56,019 nt of DNA from Basidiobolus meristosporus CBS 931.73 (lineage: Eukaryota; Fungi; Basidiobolomycota): the NCBI GenBank assembly GCA_002104905.1, contig MCFE01000583.1:1-56019 (forward strand), in the 5' to 3' direction. This document shows positions 34,652 to 47,029 of the stretch, in pieces. How positions within the stretch are numbered: the stretch's first letter is position 1; each line of letters begins with the position of its first letter. The position numbers and the translations under genes are program-made. The notes below the pieces were generated by a model that was given only the letters and a program-made list of their open reading frames with translations, did no database searches and was not told where the DNA came from.

Positions 34652-37168
34652 TGTACATTGTCAGCCTAGTGCAGTCTGACTTCTATAATAGCAAGGTAGA
34701 ACTACCAACAAGACAACAGCTGTGTACACAAGGGCTTGTAGTGTATTCAGCAGAGCTGGGCTCAAGTGATGTAGATTAGTTTTCAGTGAGAGGCAAATTG
34801 TATACCACAGCCACCATGTCCTTCATTGTGGACCATGTGAAGAATCTACTGACAAGCTAATTAGCAATATCAGGCAATCTAGGGATTGGCACAACACCTT
34901 CAGTTGAATTTTGCAAAAGTAATGCACATACTAGAGGTTGCAGTACTTCTACAGGATCAGTGCTCCACAATATACATTTGAATTTTGAAAAAGTTTATTT
35001 CAAAGATTGGCTGATGAGGTGTTAGACCTTCTGGTGCCTGCAGAAAACCAGGACATGTAAAAACCAGTGAATAAGCTTGGAATAAAATAACATTGGAATA
35101 AAGTCCCAGGATTCCTGGCAAGTCATGGGCACAGAGCATTTTGGCCAACACACTTGACAAATGGTAAATATCAATGGAGTTACTTGTTGAGTGTGAGGTT
35201 GGGTTGATCTTAGTATGGGGCATAGCAACCTTCATGGGTTAGTTCACTCTACAATTGAGTTACTTCTCATGATCCAATGAAAATAGACCAATTTTGTGTA
35301 TGAAAAGTCTTTATGAAAAATATCTTGGTCCTGTGGTGAATCCAATCCCAATTAGCTGTAAAGATCCTGTTTGGAAACTGTCACAATACCAGCAGCTTGG
35401 AATTCATGACCATCTACACAATCTGATGATGGAATCACAATGGCATTTTACTGCCAAATAAAGTTAAAACATAACAGTGTTTAGGCAGTGTGTTGCCAAG
35501 GGTGATATGGCATTATTGCAGTCTTGATATGCTCTACAGCTATTTGAGTGAATCTAACCAGCCAGTACATCCAATTACCTGATATGGCCAAAAATATGGC
35601 AGTGTTTTGATGGCCCTATTGCAAGCCTCTGATGTCATTATCATAGCAGTATGGCAGCTTACAGCTAGTTATGTATAATGCTACCATACCAACTTACCAA
35701 ATGATACTTCATTTATCTACCTCCCCTTGTGCAATACATATAGTTCACTGTAGGACAATCCCACATTATTTGCAAACCCACTACTACCTTGGGTATTCCA
35801 CATAAAGATTAAATTGCAAAGTACAATGGCCTCCTGCTTGCTAACTTCTACAAATGTGAACACCTGCTGCAATTGACATACTACTATCACCTCAACTTTA
35901 CAGCTTTTTAGTGTGATACAAACAAAGCTACCATATACCTTGCATTGTGCCAGAAGGTTTCAAGAGACACAGAACATCCAACCAATCAGGAATCAGTATT
36001 GTGAAACCTGTTTAGCATAGGGATACCATATATGGTATGAAAATGGTAGGGATGGTGACACAAACTGGTCATGTGTCATAGGTACTGGCACAGGTGCTTG
36101 CCCAATATAGAAGTACTTATAGCTATTAATCTTACATAAAGTGAGGGATAACATATGCAATAAGGTAAGCCGCTGTAATAGTCAGTCAGCTTATTGGATA
36201 GTACTGATCAAGTAAGACAAATGGGATATAACTAAAATAAGTGTAGTAGAGATATAGGGAAGTAGAAAATATGGGAATGAGCACATCTGTCAGTGGGTGT
36301 CACTGCAACCCCACTGCAACATGTGGGAATCAGTGAAGGAACAGTGGCATAAGGCTGTTGTGTTCCCACCAAAGTTGTTGAACCAGAGCATTACAGCAGA
36401 AATACTTATTGAGTGGTGGATTTTGATGGAGTTACTTGTTTAGTATGGGGTTGGGCTTAATGTTATTGCAGGGTATAGGGACTTGTATTGGTCAATACAA
36501 TTGGCAATGGAGGTACAACTGAAGTTTCAACAGAAATATATCAATTTGTATGCATGAAAAGTAAGAGAAATGGTTGAGTTAGGAAGTAAGGGGTTTGAAA
36601 AGAGGCAATAATCAGCCAATGCACACAAATGTAGGAGGTGATAGAGTGTCTGGGATCAGAAGGTGAGCAAATTGGTAGTGAACCAATCAAAAGCCACTTT
36701 TGTATTGTTGTGGCAAAATATTTGAACTAAGTGTTTTGTGAAATCTGGGGTGCAAATATTTTTCAACAGTCTCTGGACAGTGTCCTAAAGGGATCAGTAC
36801 CTCTTTGTTGCAGGACTTTGACTCTGTGATGGCCTTTTGATGGGATCATTACAATAATTTTTCATAGGGAGTGGGCTAATATTCAAGAGGCCATTAGAAG
36901 TCTAACATGCCAACACCTTAAGGCCAGCATACCACATAACCATCAGGACCTCAAGGCCTAGCAGAATGTGCTTTAGTTTTGCCATAAGCATTATCCTGGA
37001 CTCAAACAAGCAAATGGATTTTAGGCCAGCATTAGTGTGCTAAGAAAGTATCTCAAGAATAACTGAAATTATCTAATGTAGAGGAACAAGGGTGTAATGG
37101 CTAAAGGCCAGTGGTTTCCTCAAGATCCCATTGCAGCATGGCCAAAAGCTCCAAACAAGTGTCAAAGA
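34652..37168 (-). mobile_element. Mosaic of reverse-oriented CACTA fragments (ORF2 C-terminus, transposase 3' end at about 35480-35950, left terminus ending at 36869, ORF2 middle 36870-37168)
   Basis: Reverse-complement matches to 3709-4550, 8830-9240 and 5090-5370. Well-preserved terminus ...AATAATTTTTCATAGGG at 36869. The 35950-36300 segment is unassigned. Confidence 0.7.
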
Positions 37169-40100
37169 TGTTGTAAAAGTCTTAGACATAGTGGAAGTGT
37201 TTGGGAGGACAAGTAGATTATGTGGTTTTCACTTGATGACTTATTGAATGTAAAAGTGGTATATATGCTTTTACATGGTCTTGGCATAAAAAACATGCAG
37301 AATAGGATAAGGAAGGTCCCAAGAACATGTGTGCAAAGTGTGGGGCTGTTTGGACAACTTTGAGAATTTTCATGTTCTGGGTACCTGGTATTTTGGTGAA
37401 AATATTCTAAGTAAATCCTGACAAGGAATTTGGTCAGTATTCTCTAGGATTTGAAGGTATTGATCTAAGTGACTAAGTTAGGTGAGTATTTAGGTGGATA
37501 TACAAATTTTTACAACACTCCCACTCAGCTAAAGGTTCATACTGACTAGTTGTAATTTTGACCTAGGATATTCAAACTTGTCTCTAGTTAATGGTTTTGT
37601 AAATATGTCTGCAATCATTTCATCTGTAGGACAGTAAACTAAGCTAACTAAGTTATTCTCTATAGCCTCACGTATGAAATGATGTCTAATATCTATGTGC
37701 TTGGTTCTAGCATGAAAAGTTGTATTTCTACCTAATTGTTTATATCCTTGATTATCTTGAAATAAAGTAATAGGTGTTTTTTGACATAGGCCTAAATCTG
37801 TAAACAGCTTTCTTAACCACATTGCTACTTCTGTAGCTTCACAGGCTGCCATATACTCAGCCTCTGTAGTAGAAAGTGCTATGGTTGGTTGCTTTCTTGA
37901 ATTCCATGAAATTGCTCCTTTACAGTAAAGAAAGGTGTATCCTGTGGTGGATCTTCTGTCTTCTAAATTTGTCCCCAATCAGCATCAGAGTATCCCACAA
38001 GATCCTGTTCTGAATCCTTATAAGTATATCTTAAGCAGATATCAGCAGTTCCTTTTAGGTATCTAAAAATCTGCTTAACTGCTGCAATATGATCAGATCC
38101 ATAGTTCTGATTATGTTGGCTGACAACTCCCACTGAATATGAGATATCTAGACGTGTTCCAAGCATGATATACATCAGACTGCCAACCATAGATTGATAA
38201 GGAAAGTCAGGGCTTTCAGATGGCACCAAGCTCTCTTGATTTGGTTGAGTTTTGACCAAGTTAAGGTTTGTCTCCATTGGGGTAGCTGCCAGTTTACAGT
38301 CTTCCATTTTGTACTTCTTTAGTATATCTTGAATATACTTGGATTGACTTAGGGTGATAGTCTGGGTACTTCTGTCTATGGAGAACTTAATCCCTAAGTA
38401 GTAACTAAGTTCTCCTAGATCGGACATCTTGAACTCCTTAGATAGGCTGGATTTAGTCTCTTCCAATGTTTCTAGGTTATTGGTGGCTATAATAAGATCA
38501 TCCCCATATAGAGCTAATAGAACTGGATCTGCTCTATCTGGCCTATAGTATATACTATAGTCAGCATTACTTCTTTTGAAACTCAAAGATTCCAAATAAG
38601 AATCTATCTTGCAATTCCAGGCTCTTGGTGATTGTTTGAGGCCATATAGTGACTTTTTAAGCTTGCAGACCAAATGGGGGTTATCTTGGTCAATAAACCC
38701 ATCAGGCTGGTCTATATACATGTCCTCATCAAGTTCTCCATTCAAAAATGCAGATTTTATATCTATTTGATGAATAAAAAACTAATATTTTGCTGCAATA
38801 GCCAAAATTAATCTGATGGAATTAAACTTGGCTACCGGTGCAAAGGTCTCAGTGTAGTCAAGTCCTTTTGTTTGAGAGTATCCTTTGGCTACAAGTCTTG
38901 CTTTGTATCACCCAATTGTACCATCAGCCTTGTATTTTGTCTTGAAGACCCATCTGCATCCAATTGATTTTTGGTTGATTAGTAATTTGACTAAGTCCCA
39001 AGTTTGATTTACCATCAGGGCCTGATATTCCTCAGTCATTGCAGATCTCCAAAACTCTGTCTGAGGGCTATTTAGGGCCTCTTTTACAGTCTGGGGTTCA
39101 TCAATATGGACTGAATAGGCATAGGCTAAGTTGGTACCCTCATTGATATAGTAATTTGGGCTATTTCTTGTCCAATTGGATCTCCAGGCATTTGATACTG
39201 GAATGATCACTTCTGGGATATTCCTGGGCACTGATTCTGGCTGAACCACAGTTGTAGAGTCCTCTGGAGTGAAAAAATTTTCATTGTTTTGCTCTGATTC
39301 AATCCTGACATTTGGTGGACTTGAGATCAAATTTTTGTCATCATCTGATGTCATTTTTTGTGAAAATTTTGAATTTTCATCAAACAACACATCCCTGGAC
39401 TTGATCAGCTTCTTTGCTTTGGTATTGTAGAGTCTGTATGCCCTACTCTCATTGCAGTAGCCCAAAAATATGCATTTTACACTTTTTGGTTCAAATTTTG
39501 ACTGATTTCTGGCCAGTTTTTTGGCATATGCTGTACACCCAAATATTCTTAGATGTTCTGCACTTGGTCTGTATCCATACCATGCTTCAAATGGAGTAGA
39601 ATCACAAAGTACTCTGTTATAACTCCTATTTTTAAGATATACAGCAGTGGCAACTGATTCCACCCAAAAATCATAGGATAATTTTTGATCATGGATCATA
39701 GATCTTGCTGTATCAATTATTGATCTGTTAGCTTGTTCTGCTACTCCATTTTGCTGTGGGGAGTATGGTACAGTAGTCTCTTGCTTTATCCCATGAATTT
39801 TGCAGAAGTGGATGAAGAGTTTTGAGGTATATTCTCCATCATTGCCAGAGCGTATTTTCTTGATTTTTTCACCAGTTTCTCTCTCCACCATGGCTTTAAA
39901 CTCCCTGAGCTTAGACAGTGCTTCTTCCTTTCTCTCCATGAAGTAGACCCATGTGTATCTTGTATAATCATCAATAAAAGTGAGTAAATACTTAATCCCG
40001 CCTAAGGATAAATTTTGCATTGGTCCATATAGATCTGAGTGAATTAGATCTAATTTTTTCTTAGTTTTGATTAACCCAGAGCTCTTGAACGGTTGTCTGG

Positions 40101-41836
40101 CTTGTTTCCCATATATGCAGGCTTCACAGTGCTCCAAATTAGCTGGGGGATCAATTTTCACTCCAGAAATTAGCTGATCTTTGATCATTTTACGCAAATA
40201 ATCAAAATTGATGTGTCCAAATCTCCTGTGCCAAAGCATTGGTGTTTCTTCAATTAAGTTTCTTATATTGGCCTCCAAATATGATGGAATGTAAGTCAAC
40301 TTGTATAGATTCTGATCTCTGATGCCCAAAGCAATATGGGCACCATTTTGATCAGTGATCCTGCATCCAGAATTGTCAAAACTGAAACTGAGTCCTTCTG
40401 CTGTGGCCTTGCTTACAGAGAGTAGGTTCTTGGCTATTTCTGGTACATAGAGTACTTCTTTAAAGGTCAGTGTATGGCTTCCTTCACTGCTTCTTAGGTT
40501 TACTTGGATAGTTCCTTCTCCCACTGCATCAAGTGTTCTATTGTCACCTATGAAAACCTTCTTAATTGGAATTTCTTGATATTGGGTAAAAAGTTCTTTT
40601 TGGTGTGTAATGTGTTGAGAAGCTCCAGAGTCAATATACCACACCTGAGAATCCTTGTTTGTGGTCATATTGAGTGCAGATATGAATAGTCTATCTTCAG
40701 TTGTTGCAGCATTTCCATATTCAGGCTTCTTTTGCTGATAATCTCTCTTTTTGAGACACTGGTCTGATGTGTGTCCTTTCCTTTTGCAGTAGTTGCAAAA
40801 TAGGTTGCTGTTGCCTTTGTAGGGTCTTGGGTACCTCCTTTGTTGGTTATCATTGCTTATTAAAACATTTTCTTCTTCCTTCTTATTGGTGCTTGATTTT
40901 CTTAATTCTTCATCCAGGAGCCTTCCATATATGTAATTTAAGGTCAAATCTTCAGTTCTGGACTCTAGGGCTGATACAAGGCCCTGAAACCTGTCTGTCA
41001 GGCTATTCAGGATGGTAACTATCACATCCTCATCAGTAGTTGGTACACCCACAGATTCCATCTCATCTACCAGTAGGGTAATTCTGTTAATTAGATTTTT
41101 CATTTCTTCTCCTGGCAGCATCTTTGTAGTAAAGAATTTTTGTCTCAGATACATTTTCTTGGCAGCTGAACATGACTGGTAGGTGTCTTCTAATGCTTTC
41201 CAGGCATTCTTTGCCGTTTTTGTTCTTGAGCATTGAATTAGCAATTTGTCCTTGACATTAAGGCAAATGCAGTTAAAGGTACTTTGTTCTTTCTTCTGGT
41301 ACTTTGAGGCTTCCTCTCACACGTTTTTAGGAGGGCATTCCTCTCCCATGACAATATCCCAAAGGCCTCTTTTTGGTAGCAGCATCTTCATCTTCACCTT
41401 CCACACTTGGTAGTTAGAGCCATCCAACTTTTCAGCAGAGGGAAAAATTCCAGTAATAGCAGTAGTAGACATTGCAGAGAGTGACAGCTTGGGGCTCATA
41501 ACCTGTTGTAAGAGTCTTGGAGATATTGGAAGTGATTGGGAGGACAAGTAGATTATGTGGTTTTCATTTAATGATTTATTGAATATAAAAGTAGTATTTA
41601 TACTTTTTACCTGGTCTTGGCATTACAAGCACATAGAATAGGTTAAGGAAGGTCCCAAGAACATGTGTGCAAAGTTTGGGGCTGTTTGGACAACTTTGAG
41701 AATTTTCATGTTCTGGGTAAATATTCTAAGTAAATCCAAACAAGGAATTTGGTCAGTATTCTCTAGGATTTGAGGGTAATGATCTAAGTGACTAAGTTAG
41801 GTGAACATTTAGGTGGAATTACGAGTTTTTACAACA
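37169..41836 (-). mobile_element. Near-complete Ty1/copia element (5' LTR 41504-41836, 3' LTR 37169-37517), Gag-PR-IN-RT-RH with several stops and frameshifts
   Basis: ORF 38908-41244 has CNYCKRKGHTSDQC, WYIDSGASQH, the GAG-pre-integrase WHRRFGH motif and the integrase core. ORF 37963-38745 is RT and 37529-37978 is RNase H. PBS GGTTATGAGCCC at 41503-41492, PPT TGAGTGGGAG. No matching TSD. Confidence 0.95.
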
Positions 41837-41859
41837 ATGTGCACACAAGAGGTTACTGT

Positions 41860-42587
41860 ACTTCTTCAGGAGCAGTGCTCAATAGAACACACTTGAATTT
41901 GGACTCAATTCCTCCCAAAGATTGGTAGAAGAGGTGCTAGACCTTCCAGTGCCTGCAGAAGACCAGGACATGTAAGAGCCAGTGAATAAGCAATGGTATA
42001 AAGTCACAGGGCTCATGCTAAGTCATGGACAAAGAACATTTTGGCCAGCAGTATTATTGAATGATGGAATTTAATGGAGTTACTTATTGAGTATGAGGCT
42101 GAATTAATCTTAGTGTTGGGTATAAGGACTTGTATGGGTTAGTACAATCTACTATTGAGTTATGTCTGAATATCCAAAGGAAATATACCAATTATGTGTA
42201 TGAAAAGTATGAGGACAGGTTGAGCTTGTAATTAAGGAGTAGGAGAAAGAGGGAATAGCCAATCCTTGTACACAAGCATAAAAGATGACTCAGTGTCCAG
42301 GACTGGAAAGTGAGAGGAATGGCAGAGAAACAATCAAAAGCCACTTATGTATTGTTGTGATGAAGAATTTGATCAAGTTTTCAGGAAATCTGAGGTGCAA
42401 CTTTTTTTCAAAAGTTTTTTCACAGTGACCTGATGGCATCAATGCCTATTAGTTACAGGATTTAAATTTTGTGAAGGGCTTTTGATAGGATCATCACAAT
42501 TATTTTTTTCATAAGGACCTCTTAGTTGTGGAAATTAAGCATTGTGATGGCCTTTTGACAGGATCATTGCAATTATTCTTCATAGGG
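41860..42587 (-). mobile_element. Reverse-oriented CACTA left end with ORF2 C-terminal remnant and a doubled terminus
   Basis: Reverse-complement match to about 3709-4340. Terminal motif ...TTTTGA.AGGATCAT..CAATTATT..TTCATA(A/G)GG occurs twice, ending at 42516 and 42587. Confidence 0.75.
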
Positions 42588-42739
42588 ATTGTACAGTCTT
42601 TGAAGCACATCACCAATGCCAAAAGATAAAGCCCATAGAAAAACCTATTACTGTATGAGAGGGAGAGACTACAATATATATACTAGTGCCTAAAAGTCAA
42701 TGGAAACTGATGATCTAAGATACAGTCAAGTGCAATGAT

Positions 42740-43500
42740 TATAATTGGGCTGATACTCAGGAGGCTGTGTGAGCTCTACACACAGTTATTTAAAGGACAG
42801 TTCTCCTTGGCACTATGTAGAGCCAAAGGCCAATCAGTATGTGCTTGATCTGTTTCATAAGTAGTATCCTGCTTTCAAACAAGCAAGGTGATTTTGGGCC
42901 ATCATTGGTATGCTAAGAAGATATTCCAAGAATAATTGATACTACAAATGGCAAAAGGACTAGGTTACCATGGCAAAAAACCAGCAGCTTCCTCTAAGGC
43001 TCATCTCATGTAAGATTGGGAGCTCTTAACAAGTGGCAGTGAAATGTCAGGTGGTTGGAAGAGTGCCAGATGGAGAAGAGCAATCAGAGACAGAAGCACC
43101 ATTGCTGCATTCATCAAGGGAAAATACATAACACAATACAACAAGTATTCAGTGGCAGGTGAGGTCCTGGCAGTGACAGGGGAAAGAAAGGAAAGTCTGG
43201 CTAAGTCAGAGACAGAGAAGTGTGAGACAAAAGCTGAAGTATTTGATAATCAGCACTGTCAACCAAGAACAGTGCAATTCCTAGAACAGCCAAGAAGAAT
43301 TACCAACAAGACAACAACTATTTTCACAAGAGATTGAAGGGCAGCCAGTGGTACCATGCTCCAGTGAGGTTGATGAGCTTACAGAGAAAGGTACTTCTAC
43401 TACCACAGTCTCCACATCCTCCATTGTAGACAGAGTGGAGATCCCACAGGTGGGCAGAGCAACAACATCAAGAAGTCCAGGGTTTACTAAGATGCCCACA
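42740..43500 (+). pseudogene. CACTA ORF2 middle fragment (coding on + strand)
   Basis: ORF 43348-43665 VVPCSSEVDELTEKG...IVDRVEIP is homologous to 4400-4654. Upstream DNA matches the reverse complement of about 4560-5350. Confidence 0.7.
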
Positions 43501-44466
43501 GAGGGATTTTGGTACAGTAATATGCACACACAAATGAGAGCTCCCCTAACCAAATCACTTCAGGATCCAAGGGTGAAGAGACCCACAGAGAGACCGGTTG
43601 GACACCAACCATTGACTGGATCACTATTGTCAAGGTTACCACCACCAAAGCCACTCCACACTTGACCGGAATTTTCTCCAGTCATACCAACAACCCCTTA
43701 CCGATTTGGCAGGTGATAAAGTCAAGGCTTGACACAACCATTCGTCCAGGCGATTTGGTTCAGCAAGAGCATTGCCAGCCCCGCCCCCACTCCCACGACG
43801 AAACACCCACCAAGTCCACCAGTGGCACTCGACATGTCCGAAACTCCTCCGAATCGACCACGTCTGGTGAAGGGTGGAAGCGATGAGGGTTGGCCGATTA
43901 TTTTGATGCGCGCCAAGCCAGTTCCTTCCAAAGGTAGGCATGCGCGAGAGTTCCACACGATCCACCACCAATAAGCCTACGGCGTATAAACAAGCCGAGC
44001 CGCGTATGATTGGCCAGGGACGAGGCAAGCGATGGCACTCTGTGAAGCGTTGGGCCTACGAATCAGGTGGATCAGCAATGAATGGGCCGGAAGTTTGACA
44101 GTTGCGATCGATGGAACACCCCCTCCGCAAACCCCCCACCCTAGAGTGGAAGGGAGGACGACCCGCTAAGGAACGAGGTGTCAGTCAAAGGTTGCTGTGG
44201 TTGGGATCAGCTGAGTGCCCATTTATTGGTATATATGGTGTAGGGGCCAATTTGGGGAATAAAGATGTGCCAGTGTAACGTATTCAACAGAGCAAATTAA
44301 CGGATCAAGGTGCGACGTGTCACGGGGAGGGGGGGGGGGAATACCGCAACGTTGGCTATCGACCCCAACCCCAAATCGGCCTCAGGGAAATCCATTCGTA
44401 GCCCGGGAAAGGGCAGATGGGGTAGATTGGGAAGGGGGATCATTGAATGGCAATCACTGAGTAATG

Positions 44467-45828
44467 CTAATGAGCTGTACAATGGTTGACCACCTCGGCG
44501 GTGGACCAGCTTCGGATACTGATGTAGGTGACGAATACCATGACGGCGAAGCCAAAGACGATCATCAACCCATTGCAGATCCTGTACACACGCTTGGTCG
44601 CCACCGCCTTGTAGTGGAACATGGCTGGGTAGATGAAGAGCAAGGGGATACACCCAAAGCCGCCGATCAAGGCGACGAAGTTGTCCAGGTTCGAGGCGCC
44701 GCCCCAGGCAATCATGGCCAGCGCCAGGCAGAGGAGGATACGGAAGAGGTTCTTCTGCCACTTCACCATGGTCGAGGCTCTGCCTGATCTCTTACGGAAC
44801 AGGCCCTGCTCAAGGATATCGATGGCCGGGAACAGCATCAGCGGAAGGGTCAGGATGATGGCGAATACGTACAGGAATTGTACGGTGATGGTCATCGAGT
44901 GACCCACTGGCATGTTCATCAGAATGATCGTCTCGGTCACGTTGCCAAAGGCGGCGTAGGAGATGGCACCCACCGCGACGAACACCACCGTGGCACACAC
45001 GATGACACATGCCAGGACGGCGGGGAACCGTCTGGGCTCCTTCATGGAGTTGACAACGGGCAGCACCAAGCCGATTCCCTCGTAGCTAAACAAAGCGGTC
45101 CCGATGAACAGCGGGTAATCCTTGCTGTTGAAGAGCTGGATGTCCCCGGTGCCCACGGTGGTCAGCTTGTCAATGTCCCTGTAGAGGATGTAGACGATGC
45201 CGATCAGGATGAAAACATCCGCCAGCAAAGCGGTGTAAGAGAACGCCTTGATCTTTCGGGCCAGGGAGAAGGGCATGTACACCACCAGCTGGAGCAGGAT
45301 GAAATAGATCACCGGGATGTCCACGCTACAGTTCGACAACGAGTGGGTGAGGTCGTATAGATTCTGGGCCACAAAGATGAAATAAGCACAGCAGAAGCCC
45401 ATCTAATGGATGGAGAGGTTAGGGTGGGGTGGGGGACGTGAGGAGACGGGTTGGCGGAAGAGATTTACCTGGGATATGGTGATCGAGGTCATGACGACGA
45501 TTTTCATTGGTTTACCGTAGAGCTTCCCTCCGATGTCCTCGAAGTTCCCGGGGACTTGAAGTCGCACCTTGACCAGAAGCAGCATGGCCACCGCCGTGAT
45601 GGTTGCCACCACCGAGAGCACGATCATCGAGAAGATCAAGCCACCGTTGGAAAAGGCCTTGGGCAGGAAGAGGATCCCGGTACCAACGAAGGCCTTGATC
45701 AACAGCAGGAACGCCTTCTTCGCAGAAGTGGTTCCTTCGATGTCTTCGAAGACCTCGACGCCCACCCCCTGTCCTTCGCCCTTCATCGTGGGCTTGAAAC
45801 CGTCCTTCTCGCTGAAAGCATCCGCCAT
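44467..45828 (-). CDS. Amino-acid/auxin permease (Aa_trans, AVT3/AVT4-like) transporter, 2 exons (45828-45469, 45402-44467), 431 aa
   Basis: Motifs KAFLLLIKAFVGTGILFLPKAF, GFCCAYFIFVAQNL, FIGTALFSYEGIGLVLP and LIGGFGCIPLLFIYPAMFH. 66-nt phase-0 GT-AG intron with CTAAC. Confidence 0.93.
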
Positions 45829-46605
45829 GGCAGAATGAGTGATATGAGGTGGTCGCATGCGGTGGAGCGGGATTTATAGCGGTGGCCGAGCAGCACCGAA
45901 TCAACCGCATGTTTCACGCTGCGTACAAAAAAGTGAATTAACTTTTAAAGGCTAGGTTACACCCACCCGCTCTGCCTGACTCGGGTAATTACCCCACTGC
46001 CATATCCACGATCGTGTCTCACCCTGGCTAAGGTGGGTAGAGTCTTCTTGGGAACCAGTCAATCGGGGGCGAGTGTGCGCGGTGGGTGCGCGGTGGGTGC
46101 GAACAACAGCTCCACTGGGTAATTCACTCGACCACTTTGCTGGCTGTGGGGTGGATCTGAAATGCGAGGTTTGACGGCTAAATTTAGACAAGCGTGAGAA
46201 ATTCCCTCAAACAGGAAAAGATCCGGAATATGCCACTCCGAATTCTACGGCTCCGGGGTTGTGGATGGAGACATCCTCATATACACCGTGGTGGAATACA
46301 GAATGGAATCGGCCCACATGATCCATACGAAACAGCCAAGATGTGTTGAAGTGTGGTGAAGTCATTTTATAGGAATGCTCAGCAAAAAAAACATGCTTAG
46401 GTATGAATCAATATACAAATAATACAGGGTAATAAGTGAGGGGAGGGGAGGGGAGGGGTAACACTTCCTAGATAGATATGGTCTTTAGCATGAAATACCA
46501 AGGTTGCGGGCGGACAAGAAACGTTTGGATACGGGAGCGCCGTTCTCTGGATGGATGCGAACGCCACGCCAACTAGGTTTTCCCTGTCGGAGCTGGGGAC
46601 CAGCA

Positions 46606-47029
46606 TCAGACTTCCTCCATGTCGGCGTCCCCAGGATAACGGGCTCGCCTTTCGCTCAAGTTATTCTCAGAGGTCTAGAGTATGCGGGAAACCCTGCTCA
46701 GTCGGGGGTCAAGCTGCATGGTTCGACCATACCCCACTTACCTCCAGTCTGTGTCGGATGCGGCTACGAAGCACAGCTTGAGAGATCAGTAGTTGTTGAT
46801 GGAAGTGCCGATTTTCTATAGCTTGCTGGAAGCGGCGAAGCATGCGTTCGGTCGGCTCTTCGTAATGCAAGTTCGACTCGGATTCCGAGAAGTGCTCCAT
46901 GAAATGGGTGGTCAGATCAAGCTCTTGCAAGTCGAGGGGAGGTGACTCGACACGACGCTTCTCCTTCTCCTTGCTCTCTCTTTCTAGGCGCTCAAGCTCG
47001 GCGATTCTTTTTTGGTAGGAATTTCCCAT
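46606..47029 (-). CDS. Small hypothetical protein, 2 exons (47029-46742, 46674-46606), 118 aa
   Basis: ORF 46709-47029 has a strong GTAAGT donor after codon 96. A 67-nt intron to a TAG acceptor gives an in-frame tail TSENNLSERRARYPGDADMEEV*. No recognisable domain. Confidence 0.55.

Noticed and set aside
37164-41841. TSD for the near-complete copia
   Set aside because: Flanks AAAGA and ATGTG do not match, so no TSD is claimed.
1-43650. Classical ascomycete RIP (CpA to TpA) as the cause of TE decay
   Set aside because: CpA and TpG remain abundant while CpG is what is depleted. Some CAG-to-TAG stops exist, but a computed mutation spectrum would be needed to claim RIP.
44297-45910. Many overlapping ORFs around the transporter gene
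   Set aside because: Explained by the high GC3 of the real minus-strand CDS.
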